From the NCBI GenBank assembly GCA_034520965.1, contig JAXHMY010000002.1:64001-128000 (forward strand): a stretch of DNA of 64,000 nt, read 5' to 3'. Origin of the DNA: Spirochaetia bacterium. GTDB taxonomy: Bacteria > Spirochaetota > Spirochaetia > DSM-16054 > Sediminispirochaetaceae. Below the pieces are notes generated by a model. It ran no database searches. It saw nothing but the letters and a program-made list of their open reading frames with translations, and was not told the DNA's origin. This document shows, piece by piece, positions 1 through 10,616 of the stretch (the first letter of the stretch is position 1; each line of letters begins with the position of its first letter). Both the position numbers and the translations under genes were made by a program.

Positions 1-2
1 TG

Positions 3-110
3 AATGAGGACAGGTACACATGGAGAAGCGAATTTAGTATATTCGTACAGTGGAATCCGATTCCAGAAATTAAAAAGCAGGTAGACGGCACCGATGAGGG
101 CCTTCAATAA
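3..110 (+). CDS. 3' end of a CDS entering from the left edge (…NEDRYTWRSEFSIFVQWNPIPEIKKQVDGTDEGLQ*); possibly a spirochaetal LptD-like outer membrane protein
   Basis: Open frame from 3 to TAA at 108-110; product guess from the remembered FSIFVQWxP-type C-terminus only. Confidence 0.45.
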   Translation, partial: NEDRYTWRSEFSIFVQWNPIPEIKKQVDGTDEGLQ

Positions 111-126
111 AGCTGCTTTACAGTAC

Positions 127-156
127 TTGACGTAAGAAAGGGAGCATAGATACACT
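127..156 (+). promoter_or_regulatory. Putative sigma70 promoter of the phoH operon
   Basis: TTGACG (127-132), 18 bp, TACACT (151-156); RBS AAGGAGG at 161-167. Confidence 0.5.
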
Positions 157-176
157 TTCCAAGGAGGAAATATTAC

Positions 177-1133
177 TTGAGTAACAGTTTTACCATTGTA
201 CTTGATGATCAACATACATTAAAAGATATCTGTGGGGTACAGGATGAAAATCTGACGGCTTTAGAACAGGCCCTGGAAGCCCGGATATTCACCAGAGGAA
301 ATGAGCTGATTTTAGATTCGGAAGATGCGGAAGTTCAAGCCGACTTTTCTGAAATAATTCGGCAGATTAAAGAGCACCAAAGTATAGGCCACACGCCGGA
401 TCCTGAACTGGTTAGAACTATACATAAAACTGTTGCGGTAGAAAAAGAGGGAAAAGGCGACCTGTTAAAAGAACTCCATATTACTATACCGAGCAGTCCA
501 AAAGTATTTCCCCGAAATATTCGCCAAGCTCAGTTTATAGAAGGAATGTCAAACTACGATATTTGCTTTGCAATAGGACCCGCCGGCACAGGAAAAACAT
601 ATTTAGCGGTAGCCTATGCCCTGAAAGAGATTCTGGAGCGGAGAAAGAAAAAGCTTATTCTCACCCGGCCAGTTGTAGAGGCCGGTGAAAGTCTAGGTTT
701 TCTTCCGGGGGATTTGACTCAGAAGATAAGCCCCTACTTACGGCCCTTGTATGATGCAATGGACGATCTGCTGCCCTTGCAAGTTATTAACAAACTCGAA
801 GAGAGCCGCATTATCGAGATTGCTCCACTGGCATATATGCGAGGACGCAGTCTAAAAGATAGTTATATTGTATTGGACGAAGCTCAAAATACGACCAAAG
901 AACAGATGAAAATGTTTCTTACCAGAATTGGCGAAGGCTCGAAGGCCATTATTACCGGAGATGTGACTCAAATCGACCTCCCCAAATCTCAGAATTCAGG
1001 TTTACTTCACGCGCAGAACGTACTACAGTCGGTGGAGGAGATCTTTTTCACCCATTTCAATTATCAAGATGTAGTGAGGAACCCTATCGTTAAAAAAATA
1101 GTACGAGCGTATGAAAATGAAAGTAAACGGTAA
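177..1133 (+). CDS. phoH: PhoH-like ATPase (PhoH/YbeZ)
   Basis: GPAGTGKT Walker A, RPVVEAGESLGFLPGD, YMRGRSL, DEAQN, GDVTQID motifs; TTG start after AAGGAGG. Confidence 0.95.
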   Translation: MSNSFTIVLDDQHTLKDICGVQDENLTALEQALEARIFTRGNELILDSEDAEVQADFSEIIRQIKEHQSIGHTPDPELVRTIHKTVAVEKEGKGDLLKELHITIPSSPKVFPRNIRQAQFIEGMSNYDICFAIGPAGTGKTYLAVAYALKEILERRKKKLILTRPVVEAGESLGFLPGDLTQKISPYLRPLYDAMDDLLPLQVINKLEESRIIEIAPLAYMRGRSLKDSYIVLDEAQNTTKEQMKMFLTRIGEGSKAIITGDVTQIDLPKSQNSGLLHAQNVLQSVEEIFFTHFNYQDVVRNPIVKKIVRAYENESKR

Positions 1134-3300
1134 TTCTAAAAATAATATTACCGGGAATGCAAAAAGAAACCGCAGTATGCTTATTTTTATACTACTCGCG
1201 TATGTGCTGAATGTCGGTTTTCTCATCACTGGAACTCAAATACAACTGCCTTTATACAAACAGAAGCTGCGCAGCCTGGAGGCCGGGCAAGTGGCGGATT
1301 TCCAGGTAAAAGCTGAAAATGAAGTTTTTTACATCGATGACGAAAAGACAGAAGAGATAAAAGAACAACAGGCTTCTACTATCTTACCTGTGTATACAAT
1401 AGAAGAAACTAAGGTTTTAAATCTCATAAGCCATTTTGAAAGGTTTGCATCGTTTTACATGCAGGAAGGCCGAGATCTGCCGCCTCAAGAGTTGATTGAA
1501 GAGCTTTCAATGCGATTCCCCAATCGATTCGGCACCCAGGATATTGAAATCCTCGCAGACGCGGAGGAACTAGGGGAAACGCTTCCCGTGATTGAAGAAG
1601 AACTGCGCAGATTGCTGGAAAACGGAATTTTCCCCTCCGACGTGAAAACTGCACAGAACGGGAGAGGAGTACTGCAGTTGTGGCACTGGAAGGGAGATGA
1701 AAAACTGCATGAGAAGTATACTCAGAAAAATATCATTACAGAAAACGAGATAAAAAGCGTAGCTCAACAGAAGTTAGCCTCATTTAATTTCGAAGGTGAA
1801 ACAAAAGCAGCGGCGGTAATGCTGCTGAGTAATTTTGCCGAGCAAACCGCCTATTACAATGCCACCCTCACAACTGCCTTAAAGAATCAAGCCCGGCAGC
1901 AGATACAGCCAATTACCTACCACATTCAGAAAGGGGAACTCCTTATTTCGGAAGGCGACATTGTCAGCCATGAGGACATGAGGAAGGTTGAGGCCTTGTT
2001 AGAAAAGCGTCCTAAGCCCGACGTACAAGAGAGTATCGCAATTATTCTTTATATGGCGGGAATTTTCTTTTTGGCAATTATAATGTATAAGCCCCTTCTG
2101 CAGAGGAGCCGGCGGTTTTATCAACACACCAACATACTTCTCATAGCCTCGTTTATCTTCACCCTCAATATTTTTTTGGTACTGACTTTTACCCTGATCC
2201 CCCCCGGAATTCCGGTTTCGATCGGCATATTCACCGCTTTAATAAGTATGCTGATAGCTACCCTCATTGGCCAACGGATCGGCATAATATCTTCTCTTCT
2301 GTTATCTTTAATATTTTTTGCTATACCTGATATAGATATATATACATTCATCTTTTCTTTTCTAGCCGGAATCACTGCTACCTATCTTATTCGTAGCGCC
2401 GAAAAAAGAATTGATCTTGTGGCAGGAACCTTAAAGTTGGCCCTGGTAGTGGCGCTGATAACCGTGATAATCGGACTGTTCCAGCAGCAAGATGCCGGTT
2501 GGTTTCTCAAAGCCGGAGGTTTTGGAATTATTCATGCCTTTATCACTGGGGCCTTAAATCTTGCATTATTGCCGGCCTTTGAACATCTTTTAAATGCTCC
2601 TACAGTGTTCCGCTTGCGAGAGTTATCGGATACTAATACCCCCTTATTTAAGCGGATGATGACGATAGCCGGCGGCACCTACAGCCACTCGATGGGGGTT
2701 GCCAATTTGGCTGAATCAGCCTGCCGTGAAATCGGAGCAAACCACCTTTTGGCACGGGTAGGCGCCTATTATCACGATATAGGAAAGATGGACCAACCCG
2801 ATTACTTTATCGAAAATCAACAGGACAAAAATCGTCATGATGAAATTACTCCTAATCTTTCAGTGGCAGTTATCAAGTCGCACGTGAAAATAGGCAAAGA
2901 AAGGGCCAAAGAGTTAAAACTACCGCCTGAAGTTGTGGAAATCGTATCCGACCATCACGGCAGCGACGTTATCAGCTACTTCTATCAGCAGGCTTTAAAA
3001 AAAGGCGGAAAAGCGGTGCCGGAAGAGTTCTCTTACAATGGAACTCCGCCGCGGTCAAAGGAGTCTGCAGTGGTGATGCTGGCGGATACCATCGAAGCAC
3101 AGTCTAGAACAATCAAGAAGCCCTCCGTGCAGAAGTTTGAAAAAATGGTCTGGGATGCTATTATGCATAAAGTTAGTCGTAAGCAGATGAGTAATACAGA
3201 ATTAAGTTTTCGGGATATAGAAATTATAAAAACTAGTTTTGTTCAGATATTAGCCGGCCAATTTCATAGCCGAATTGAATATCCGGACCAAAAAAGTTAA
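1111..3300 (+). CDS. 7TM-HD (HDIG) membrane phosphohydrolase, PgpH-like
   Basis: N-terminal TM, extracytoplasmic domain, multi-TM block, then GTYSHS…AYYHDIGK…YFIENQ…HHG…MLAD; canonical position between phoH and ybeY. Confidence 0.9.
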   Translation: MKMKVNGNSKNNITGNAKRNRSMLIFILLAYVLNVGFLITGTQIQLPLYKQKLRSLEAGQVADFQVKAENEVFYIDDEKTEEIKEQQASTILPVYTIEETKVLNLISHFERFASFYMQEGRDLPPQELIEELSMRFPNRFGTQDIEILADAEELGETLPVIEEELRRLLENGIFPSDVKTAQNGRGVLQLWHWKGDEKLHEKYTQKNIITENEIKSVAQQKLASFNFEGETKAAAVMLLSNFAEQTAYYNATLTTALKNQARQQIQPITYHIQKGELLISEGDIVSHEDMRKVEALLEKRPKPDVQESIAIILYMAGIFFLAIIMYKPLLQRSRRFYQHTNILLIASFIFTLNIFLVLTFTLIPPGIPVSIGIFTALISMLIATLIGQRIGIISSLLLSLIFFAIPDIDIYTFIFSFLAGITATYLIRSAEKRIDLVAGTLKLALVVALITVIIGLFQQQDAGWFLKAGGFGIIHAFITGALNLALLPAFEHLLNAPTVFRLRELSDTNTPLFKRMMTIAGGTYSHSMGVANLAESACREIGANHLLARVGAYYHDIGKMDQPDYFIENQQDKNRHDEITPNLSVAVIKSHVKIGKERAKELKLPPEVVEIVSDHHGSDVISYFYQQALKKGGKAVPEEFSYNGTPPRSKESAVVMLADTIEAQSRTIKKPSVQKFEKMVWDAIMHKVSRKQMSNTELSFRDIEIIKTSFVQILAGQFHSRIEYPDQKS

Positions 3301-3319
3301 AAGTGAGTATGAGTACATT

Positions 3320-3790
3320 ATGAACAGGGTAGAAGTAAGCATCGAAGGGATTGATCCTCCCGACTGGCAGGATAAGGCCTCTGAGTTTTGCAAAATGATT
3401 CTCAAAAAGCTGGATATTCATGGCTGGGAAGTTTCTTTGCTCTTCTGTGATGATAATTTTATACAGTCTTTAAACCTTCAATACCGCAACAAGGACGAAG
3501 CGACAGACGTGCTGAGTTTTGCAGCTTTCGCGGATGAACAGGAAAAAGGTTTCAGCGATTTAGCAGATCATGCTACAATCACAGCCGGAGACATAGTTAT
3601 ATCATTAGACACATTACAACGTCATTCACAGGAGTTTTCAGTCGCCCAAAATGAAGAGCTGAAACGCTTGTTGATTCATGGTATACTGCATTTAGCAGGA
3701 ATGGATCATGCTACAAACTCACCGGAGGAAAAGATGCTCCAGAAGCAGGAAGAACTAATGAAGCAGATGACAGGAGAGACTATATTTTGA
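3320..3790 (+). CDS. ybeY: rRNA maturation endoribonuclease YbeY
   Basis: LNLQYRNKDEATDVLSF, GDIVIS and HGILHLAGMDH motifs; ATG 3320 preferred over the overlapping TTG 3275. Confidence 0.95.
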   Translation: MNRVEVSIEGIDPPDWQDKASEFCKMILKKLDIHGWEVSLLFCDDNFIQSLNLQYRNKDEATDVLSFAAFADEQEKGFSDLADHATITAGDIVISLDTLQRHSQEFSVAQNEELKRLLIHGILHLAGMDHATNSPEEKMLQKQEELMKQMTGETIF

Positions 3791-4581
3791 GTACCCCTTC
3801 TTTTTTCAAAAAGTTGTTTGGAATCTCAGGGCAGCAAAGCGATACTCAAGGCGATGACTACGATAGTCTAAATTTTGAAGAACAGGATATGATTCGAGGG
3901 GTAGTAACCCTTTCAGATACTACAGTGAAAGAGGTGATTGTCCCACGTATAGATGTCGAGTTCGTAGCAATTGAATCAACCTTTAACGAGCTGATTGATA
4001 CCCTGGGCGAGGGGGGCTACTCAAGGTTTCCCGTATACAAAGACACAATTGATAATGTGGTTGGTATCCTTTATGTAAAGGATCTGCTGAAACAGGTGAA
4101 GAGCCAGGAAGATTTCAGTGTCGAAAAAATAATTAGACGCCCCTATTTTGTACCGGAAAGTAAGCGCCTTGATTCTCTGCTGCGTGAGTTTAAACGGAGA
4201 AAGGTTCATATTGCCGTGGCAGTAGACGAGTATGGCGGGGTGTCGGGCATTGTGTGCTTAGAAGACATCATTGAAGAGATAGTGGGTGACATACAGGATG
4301 AGTTTGACAACGAAGTGGAAGACATTCTAGAGATCGGAGAGGGAACGTATTTGTGTGATGCCAGAGTTGATATCGAAGATCTAAATGAAAAACTCAGCCT
4401 AATGCTTCCGGAGGAAGATTTTGATACCTTGGGAGGCTTTGTCTTCGACATGTTTGGAAAAATTCCCGTGAAGTACGAAAAAGTTAAATACAGTGGTATC
4501 GATTTTATCATTCAGGAAATGGATGGGCATAAAATAAAAACTGTAAAATTAGTACTTAAGGATAGCAACAGTGCCGCATAG
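3787..4581 (+). CDS. corC: CBS-pair/CorC_HlyC protein (CorC/YbeX, 'hemolysin' family)
   Basis: YSRFPV, VDEYGGVSGIVCLEDIIEEIVGDIQDEFD, DTLGGFV; follows ybeY. Confidence 0.85.
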   Translation: MSTPSFFKKLFGISGQQSDTQGDDYDSLNFEEQDMIRGVVTLSDTTVKEVIVPRIDVEFVAIESTFNELIDTLGEGGYSRFPVYKDTIDNVVGILYVKDLLKQVKSQEDFSVEKIIRRPYFVPESKRLDSLLREFKRRKVHIAVAVDEYGGVSGIVCLEDIIEEIVGDIQDEFDNEVEDILEIGEGTYLCDARVDIEDLNEKLSLMLPEEDFDTLGGFVFDMFGKIPVKYEKVKYSGIDFIIQEMDGHKIKTVKLVLKDSNSAA

Positions 4582-6603
4582 ATGCGGAAAAAAAAGAAAG
4601 ATAGGGAGTGCTCTGAGTCTCTTAATCCTTAGTTGGATATTGTTAGTGTCGGCTGTGAATCCGGCGGTTGACCTGTATCAGCAGGGTGAAGAACGGCTTC
4701 AATCCGGCGATGTGTACGGGGCAATTGATCTTTTCAAAGAATCTCTTTCTTATAATGCGGATTATGTTGATCCGTTATACGGCCTGGGACAAGCTTATTT
4801 TAAATTGGAAGAATATGAGCAGGCCCTTGTGTATATCCAGCAAGCACGAAGGTTTGACAGAAACAATACCAGCATCACCGCACTTGAAGGAAGAATTAAT
4901 ACCGGTCTGGGAAAGTATTCGGAAGCGGAGAGAATTTTTGATAAAATTCTTGAAAAAGAGCCCCACAATCTTGATGCCCAATTTGGAATGGCCGAGCTGC
5001 AAGCCGCGATGGGGAGCGTCGAAAATGCGATCGCCGGGTATCGAAAGGCCTTGGAATCGGATCCATACAACCGCCGCGGTTTGTTATCTGCAGCGCTCTT
5101 GTACAGCGCCCAGAACAACCTTCAGGAGGCTGCCGAGCTAATACAAACGGCAGTCGACAGCTATCCGGAGGATCCTCGGGTGCACTCTATTGCCGCTGAG
5201 TACTACTTTAAAAGGGATAATCCCCGTAAAGCTGAAGAGCATGCCCGTCAAGCACTTCAATTGTATTCAGAATCTGAAGATGCAATATACGTGCTTATAC
5301 GAATTCTGTTCGCACAAAACAGATTCGCCGATGCCATAGAAGCGGTAGAAAAAAATATAAATATAGATCGCGATAAGCCGCTTTTATGGTACCTACGGGC
5401 AAAGGCGTATTGGAAAACCGGAGATCAGCAACGGGCTTTGGAGAGCTTTTATACCGCCTTAAGCCTTAAACCAAGTGATGAAATTACAAGAATCGCTCTA
5501 GAAGAGTTTCTTATGGACCGTTTTGCAGGGGATTCCCAAGAGAGAAAAAAGGCCGCTGATATAAGGTTTGAGTACGGTGCTTCCTACGAACGGGATAACC
5601 GAATTGAACTTGCCCGACAAGAATACCGTCGGGGCCTGATGCTTCACCCCTACAGCCGTGAAGGACGGCAAATGTATGCGGCCACCTTCAAACGGTCCGA
5701 TAACATTGGGAAATACCTTTCTATTTTGAAAGTACTTGAGACCGAGGGAAACACAAGCCAAGAGATACAAGATGAAATTGAGATTTACACAAGCTTACGC
5801 GAAGAGAGTATTGCCCAATCGTGGGATGTCGATCAGTTTGCCATAGATCGCTATCGCTATAAGATAGCACTTTTTACCAATAATAATCAGTCCCAGGTAA
5901 TTCATCTAAAGGCGGAAGAATATTTAACAAGTTACATGCAGGGAATACTCCAGGGCAATGAACATCTTGATATCGTAGATACCGGTTCCGTTGAATCCTT
6001 TGCTGAGGCCTTTAGAAGGGCACGAGAAACAGATATCGATTATTTTATAGTTACTACTTATCGAGAGGGTGAAAGGGCCTTCAAAGGCTCTGCAACAGTG
6101 TATAACGGGTCTACCGGAACCGTTATAAAAACTTTTAATAGTTTGCGCACTGGAAATAGACGAGTCAGTCAAGCTCTCATACGAATCGCCGGGACATTCT
6201 CTGATAGCTTACCACTGCGGGGCAGGATTTACCGAAGACAAAATAACACGGTTTTACTTGATGTAGGGATTTCCAAGGAGTTTCTCCTGACGACCGGTTT
6301 AATGTCATTCGCGGAGAAATTTTAGAGCTTGCGGATAACCAATTTGCCTTAGAGTACAATCAGCGTTATATTCTAGGTTACATAGAGATAAGCAATGTAG
6401 ATGATCTTCTTTCTGTGGGCCAAGTGAGCACAGATCAATTTTTCGATTTAATAAATCCCGGGGATGCGGTGATTCCAGTTAACAGCATCAGCGAAGAAGC
6501 AGGGGCTGAGGGAAATGCAGGGGCTGCCCAAGAGGGTACTGATCTTCGTGAATCTCCCGTAATTCCCTCGGAGATCTATAAATCGCTGCTCGAGGTTGAG
6601 TGA
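4571..6603 (+). CDS. Exported TPR-repeat protein, split by a one-base frameshift near 6273
   Basis: Signal-like N-terminus and many TPRs; adding one C at ttcc(c)aagga (about 6273) gives a continuous frame (…GVSPDDRFNVIRGE…) to TGA 6601-6603. Confidence 0.75.
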
Positions 6604-6679
6604 TTCAGCTATTCTGATATGTTGTGACCCTTGTCAAGTATTCTATAGTAAAAGTTTATAGTACCCCCTTCTTTATAAG

Positions 6680-6890
6680 ACCGAGAGGAGAAAAAGATAG
6701 AGGAATACATGCAACCGTCGATGTACAGACTGATATTCGCGGATTGGTTACCTGCAGTGCAATGTAATCGTCGGGAGCTTGCCTCTGTCTCAATTCAAGG
6801 ATTCCTCCTACCAAAAAGAGGGCCTTCAGAATAGCTCGAGGATTCTCCTTCGCTTCTTCTCGTATTCCTCTATCCATTCTACCCCTCGGT
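6680..6890 (-). ncRNA. Candidate bridge/seek RNA in the 3' non-coding end of the IS
   Basis: Closed by a perfect 13-bp stem (6696-6708/6862-6874); two internal-loop modules with segments matching the target flanks (6828-6836, 6789-6796) and the donor end (6730-6736); exact RNA ends unknown. Confidence 0.7.
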
Positions 6891-6910
6891 TTCAAAACTC
6901 AGTTAAACCT

Positions 6911-8008
6911 CTACGTTGTTTGTTCTCTCATTATTCCCCAAATAAAACCGCAAAGCTCACGTGCAACTGCCGTAGCAACCTTCTGTGAAGGTTTTCCTGT
7001 AAACAGAAGGTGCTGATATCGCCGCGAAAGTCTTTTCCCTGCTTTATCGGCATACGCTCTTGCCTGAGGATCTACTTCTCGTCTTCGTTTTATCAGTCGC
7101 TTTGAGGAGGGATCATAGGTGCGACAATGCCAGGCACTTTCTACCAACAGGCGCCTCAAACGCTTTATTTCCTGATTTTGTAATACCGTTCTGACGACGA
7201 CGTTCTCCACTGGAGTGTTCAGCCGGTACCAAACCAAGATAACTCATGAACTGCGAGGGCTTGGCAAATCGCCGAAAATCACTTATTTCGGCAATGATTG
7301 ATAACGCGGTAAAGGTTCCAATCCCCTTAATGGCCATCAGCCTTTTCACTTTTCCCTATAGCGCCCTTCAGAGGCAAGGGCTTCAATGCGCTGGTCGATT
7401 CGTTTAATATTTTCAGTGATGTAGTCCAGATGCCCCAGGTACTCCTTTACAGTCTCTTTCTGCAATGAGTTGAGCTCTGCGATGGCTTTCTTAATCCACA
7501 GTCGGTGTTTTCCTGTCCAGATTATCCCCATCACGGTAGATCAGACCATGACGAAGCAGAAGACTGAGAATTTTTCTGCTTGTAGCGTCTCTGCTCGTCT
7601 TTGTAATCATCCCTGACGTGCAGAAACTCACGCACCGCCTCATCGGCTCTGGTGGGAATGTGAACCCCTGTCAACTGTCCGGAACGCAAATTACGGGCAA
7701 GCATGTCGGCGTCCCGTTTGTCGGTTTTTATTCGCTCTGATGGTTTTTTTGGAATCAGTCCCGGGGCTGCAACAAGACAGGCAATGCCCATACCTTCGAG
7801 CATCCGATAGGTACTGTAACCGCTTGGCCCTGCTTCATAGCAGCACAAAGCTCACCCTTTTCCTGGAGCTTCTTAAATATTTGCGCAGCTCGCTTTCCCT
7901 GTTTTTCTTCTGAACGACTATCGATGGGACCTGTTCGCCATTCTTATACCCGACGATGAATACCGTCTCCTTGTGGACATCCATTCCTACATAAATTACA
8001 CTGTTCAT
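6911..8008 (-). pseudogene. IS110-family transposase/recombinase, broken by about 6 single-base indels as assembled
   Basis: ATG 8008 after AGGAGG; MNSVIYVGMDVHKE…CCYEAGPSG…IKTDKRDA (DEDD), GIG…IIAEISDFRRF…YLGLVPAEHSSG (catalytic Ser), RRLLVESAW, VATAVAREL; most breaks fall in A/T runs. Confidence 0.9.
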
Positions 8009-8106
8009 AGTGGCCTCCTGTTTGTATGTGGCGTGTTTGCCATTGTGTTTTTACCATTTTGCAGGCTAATCCACGATTTTGCAAACACGGGGGTCACTTC
8101 ATATTG

Positions 8107-8150
8107 TCTCATTTTGGATAGTGTAATTACACTATCCAAAATGAGAATGC
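8107..8150. repeat. REP-like palindrome family A, copy interrupted by the IS (left arm begins at 6608)
   Basis: TCTCATTTTGGATAGTGTAA|TTACACTATCCAAAATGAGA, perfect 40-bp palindrome (8107-8146). Confidence 0.85.
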
Positions 8151-8192
8151 CTCCACACGTTGAGATATATAAAAATTTGCAAAGAAATTGAT

Positions 8193-8239
8193 GCGAATTC
8201 TAAATTTGGAAGTCAAAAGACTTCCAAATTTAGAATCGC
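8193..8239. repeat. REP-like palindrome family A
   Basis: GCGAATTCTAAATTTGGAAGTC-AAAA-GACTTCCAAATTTAGAATCGC, 18-bp perfect stem. Confidence 0.8.
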
Positions 8240-8252
8240 TGTGAGTGATTTA

Positions 8253-8281
8253 TTGACATATATTTCCCTATATCATATAGT
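8253..8281 (+). promoter_or_regulatory. sigma70 promoter of gap-pgk-tpiA
   Basis: TTGACA (8253-8258), 17 bp, TATAGT (8276-8281); RBS AGGAGG before ATG 8320. Confidence 0.7.
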
Positions 8282-8310
8282 TTAGTCTCACAAAAAGATT
8301 TATAAGCTAG

Positions 8311-9321
<1,011 letters not shown>

Positions 9322-9331
9322 GGGGGCTTTT

Positions 9332-10513
9332 ATGGCCGTGAAAACAGTAAAAGATATTGATTTAAAAGGAAAGCGTGTCCTTGTACGGGCGGATTTTAAT
9401 GTCCCCCTCAAGGAAGGCGTAATTACCGATGATACTCGTATTAAAGCGGCCCTTCCGACGCTCCAGTATATACTGGAGCAGGAGGGGGCCTCTCTGGTCT
9501 TGATGAGCCACCTCGGCAGACCCAAGGGCGAGCCCAAACCGGAGTTTAGCTTAGCACCAATTGCCCAGCGATTGTCCGAGCTGCTCGACCGACCGGTTGA
9601 GATGGCACCCGACTGTGTAGGTACTGAAACCACACAAATGGCGCAAAAACTCAAACCCGGTGAAGTCCTGTTGCTCGAGAACGTGCGCTATCACGCCGGC
9701 GAAACTAAGAATGATGCCGATTTTGCGAAGGAACTTGCGAAAAATGGTGACGTGTTTATAAATGATGCCTTTGGCACCGCCCATCGCGCCCATGCATCCA
9801 CTGAAGGGGTTGCACATTTGCTACCCTCTGCAGCCGGCTTTCTGATAGACAAGGAAGTACGTTTCTTTGAACACCTTCTGTCGAATCCTGAAAAACCCTT
9901 TGTTGCGGTTATCGGCGGTGCGAAGGTTTCAAGCAAAATCGGGGTTTTAGAAACTCTGCTTGATAAATGTACGACCCTGGTAATCGGCGGAGCAATGTCA
10001 TATACCTTTTTGAAGGCCCAGGGCCATTCTATCGGTAAATCGATGGTAGAAAATGATTATATCGATACGGCAAAATCTCTGCTCGAACGAGCACAGAAGG
10101 CGGGTATTCAGGTGCTCTTGCCTCTGGATCATATGGCCGGAAGAGAGTTCGATGAGAACACCGACCCTGTATATGTGGACGAGGTAGATCTGCCGGACGA
10201 ACTTATCGGGCTTGATATCGGCATGAAAACTCTGGAGGCTTTGAAAGAAAGCATTTCGGAAGCCAAGTCACTGATATGGAATGGGCCGATGGGAGTATTT
10301 GAGTTCGAGAACTTTGCAAAGGGAACGCTAGAGGTTGCAGAAATGGTTGCCGCTTGTAAGGGGACTACCGTTGTCGGTGGTGGTGATTCCGTCGCCGCCG
10401 TGAATAAATTCGGTTTTGCAGAAAAAATCGATCATGTTTCAACCGGGGGCGGGGCCAGTCTAGAGTTTCTTGAAGGCAAAAAATTGCCCGGTATTGCAGT
10501 ATTAGTTTCGTAA
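9332..10513 (+). CDS. pgk: Phosphoglycerate kinase
   Basis: [48 protein letters not shown]. Confidence 0.98.
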   Translation: MAVKTVKDIDLKGKRVLVRADFNVPLKEGVITDDTRIKAALPTLQYILEQEGASLVLMSHLGRPKGEPKPEFSLAPIAQRLSELLDRPVEMAPDCVGTETTQMAQKLKPGEVLLLENVRYHAGETKNDADFAKELAKNGDVFINDAFGTAHRAHASTEGVAHLLPSAAGFLIDKEVRFFEHLLSNPEKPFVAVIGGAKVSSKIGVLETLLDKCTTLVIGGAMSYTFLKAQGHSIGKSMVENDYIDTAKSLLERAQKAGIQVLLPLDHMAGREFDENTDPVYVDEVDLPDELIGLDIGMKTLEALKESISEAKSLIWNGPMGVFEFENFAKGTLEVAEMVAACKGTTVVGGGDSVAAVNKFGFAEKIDHVSTGGGASLEFLEGKKLPGIAVLVS

Positions 10514-10568
10514 GTCCTTTCTGGTCAAGCGAAACGACGAAAACAGCCGTATGCGGCTATTTTCTTAT
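10503..10568 (+). repeat. Dispersed repeat family B, copy 1 (66 bp, two hairpins)
   Basis: TAGTTTCG-N19-CGAAAC..CGAAAACAGCCGTATGCGGCTATTTTCTTAT; last 39 bp are 35/39 identical to 42329-42367. Confidence 0.75.
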
Positions 10569-10616
10569 TAGAAAAATAACAGCGGCCGTTAACCGGTTGC
10601 ATAATTGGGAGATTAT

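Larger units (their letters stand above)
6614..8109 (-). mobile_element. IS110-family (IS1111-group-like) insertion sequence, about 1.49 kb
   Basis: DEDD/Ser transposase; CT core at both ends (6614-6615, 8108-8109); subterminal inverted repeats ATATGTTGTGACCC (6617-6630) and GGGTCACTTCATAT (8091-8104), 12/14 match; removing the element restores a 44-bp perfect palindrome. Confidence 0.9.

Noticed and set aside
6656..6988. Short ORFs 6656-6895 (-) and 6779-6988 (+); likewise 7973-8191 (+)
   Set aside because: They lie in the IS non-coding ends or structured RNA, with no RBS or protein motif
8107..8239. Paired palindromes as a CRISPR array
   Set aside because: Only two non-identical units per locus, no regular repeat-spacer series and no cas genes
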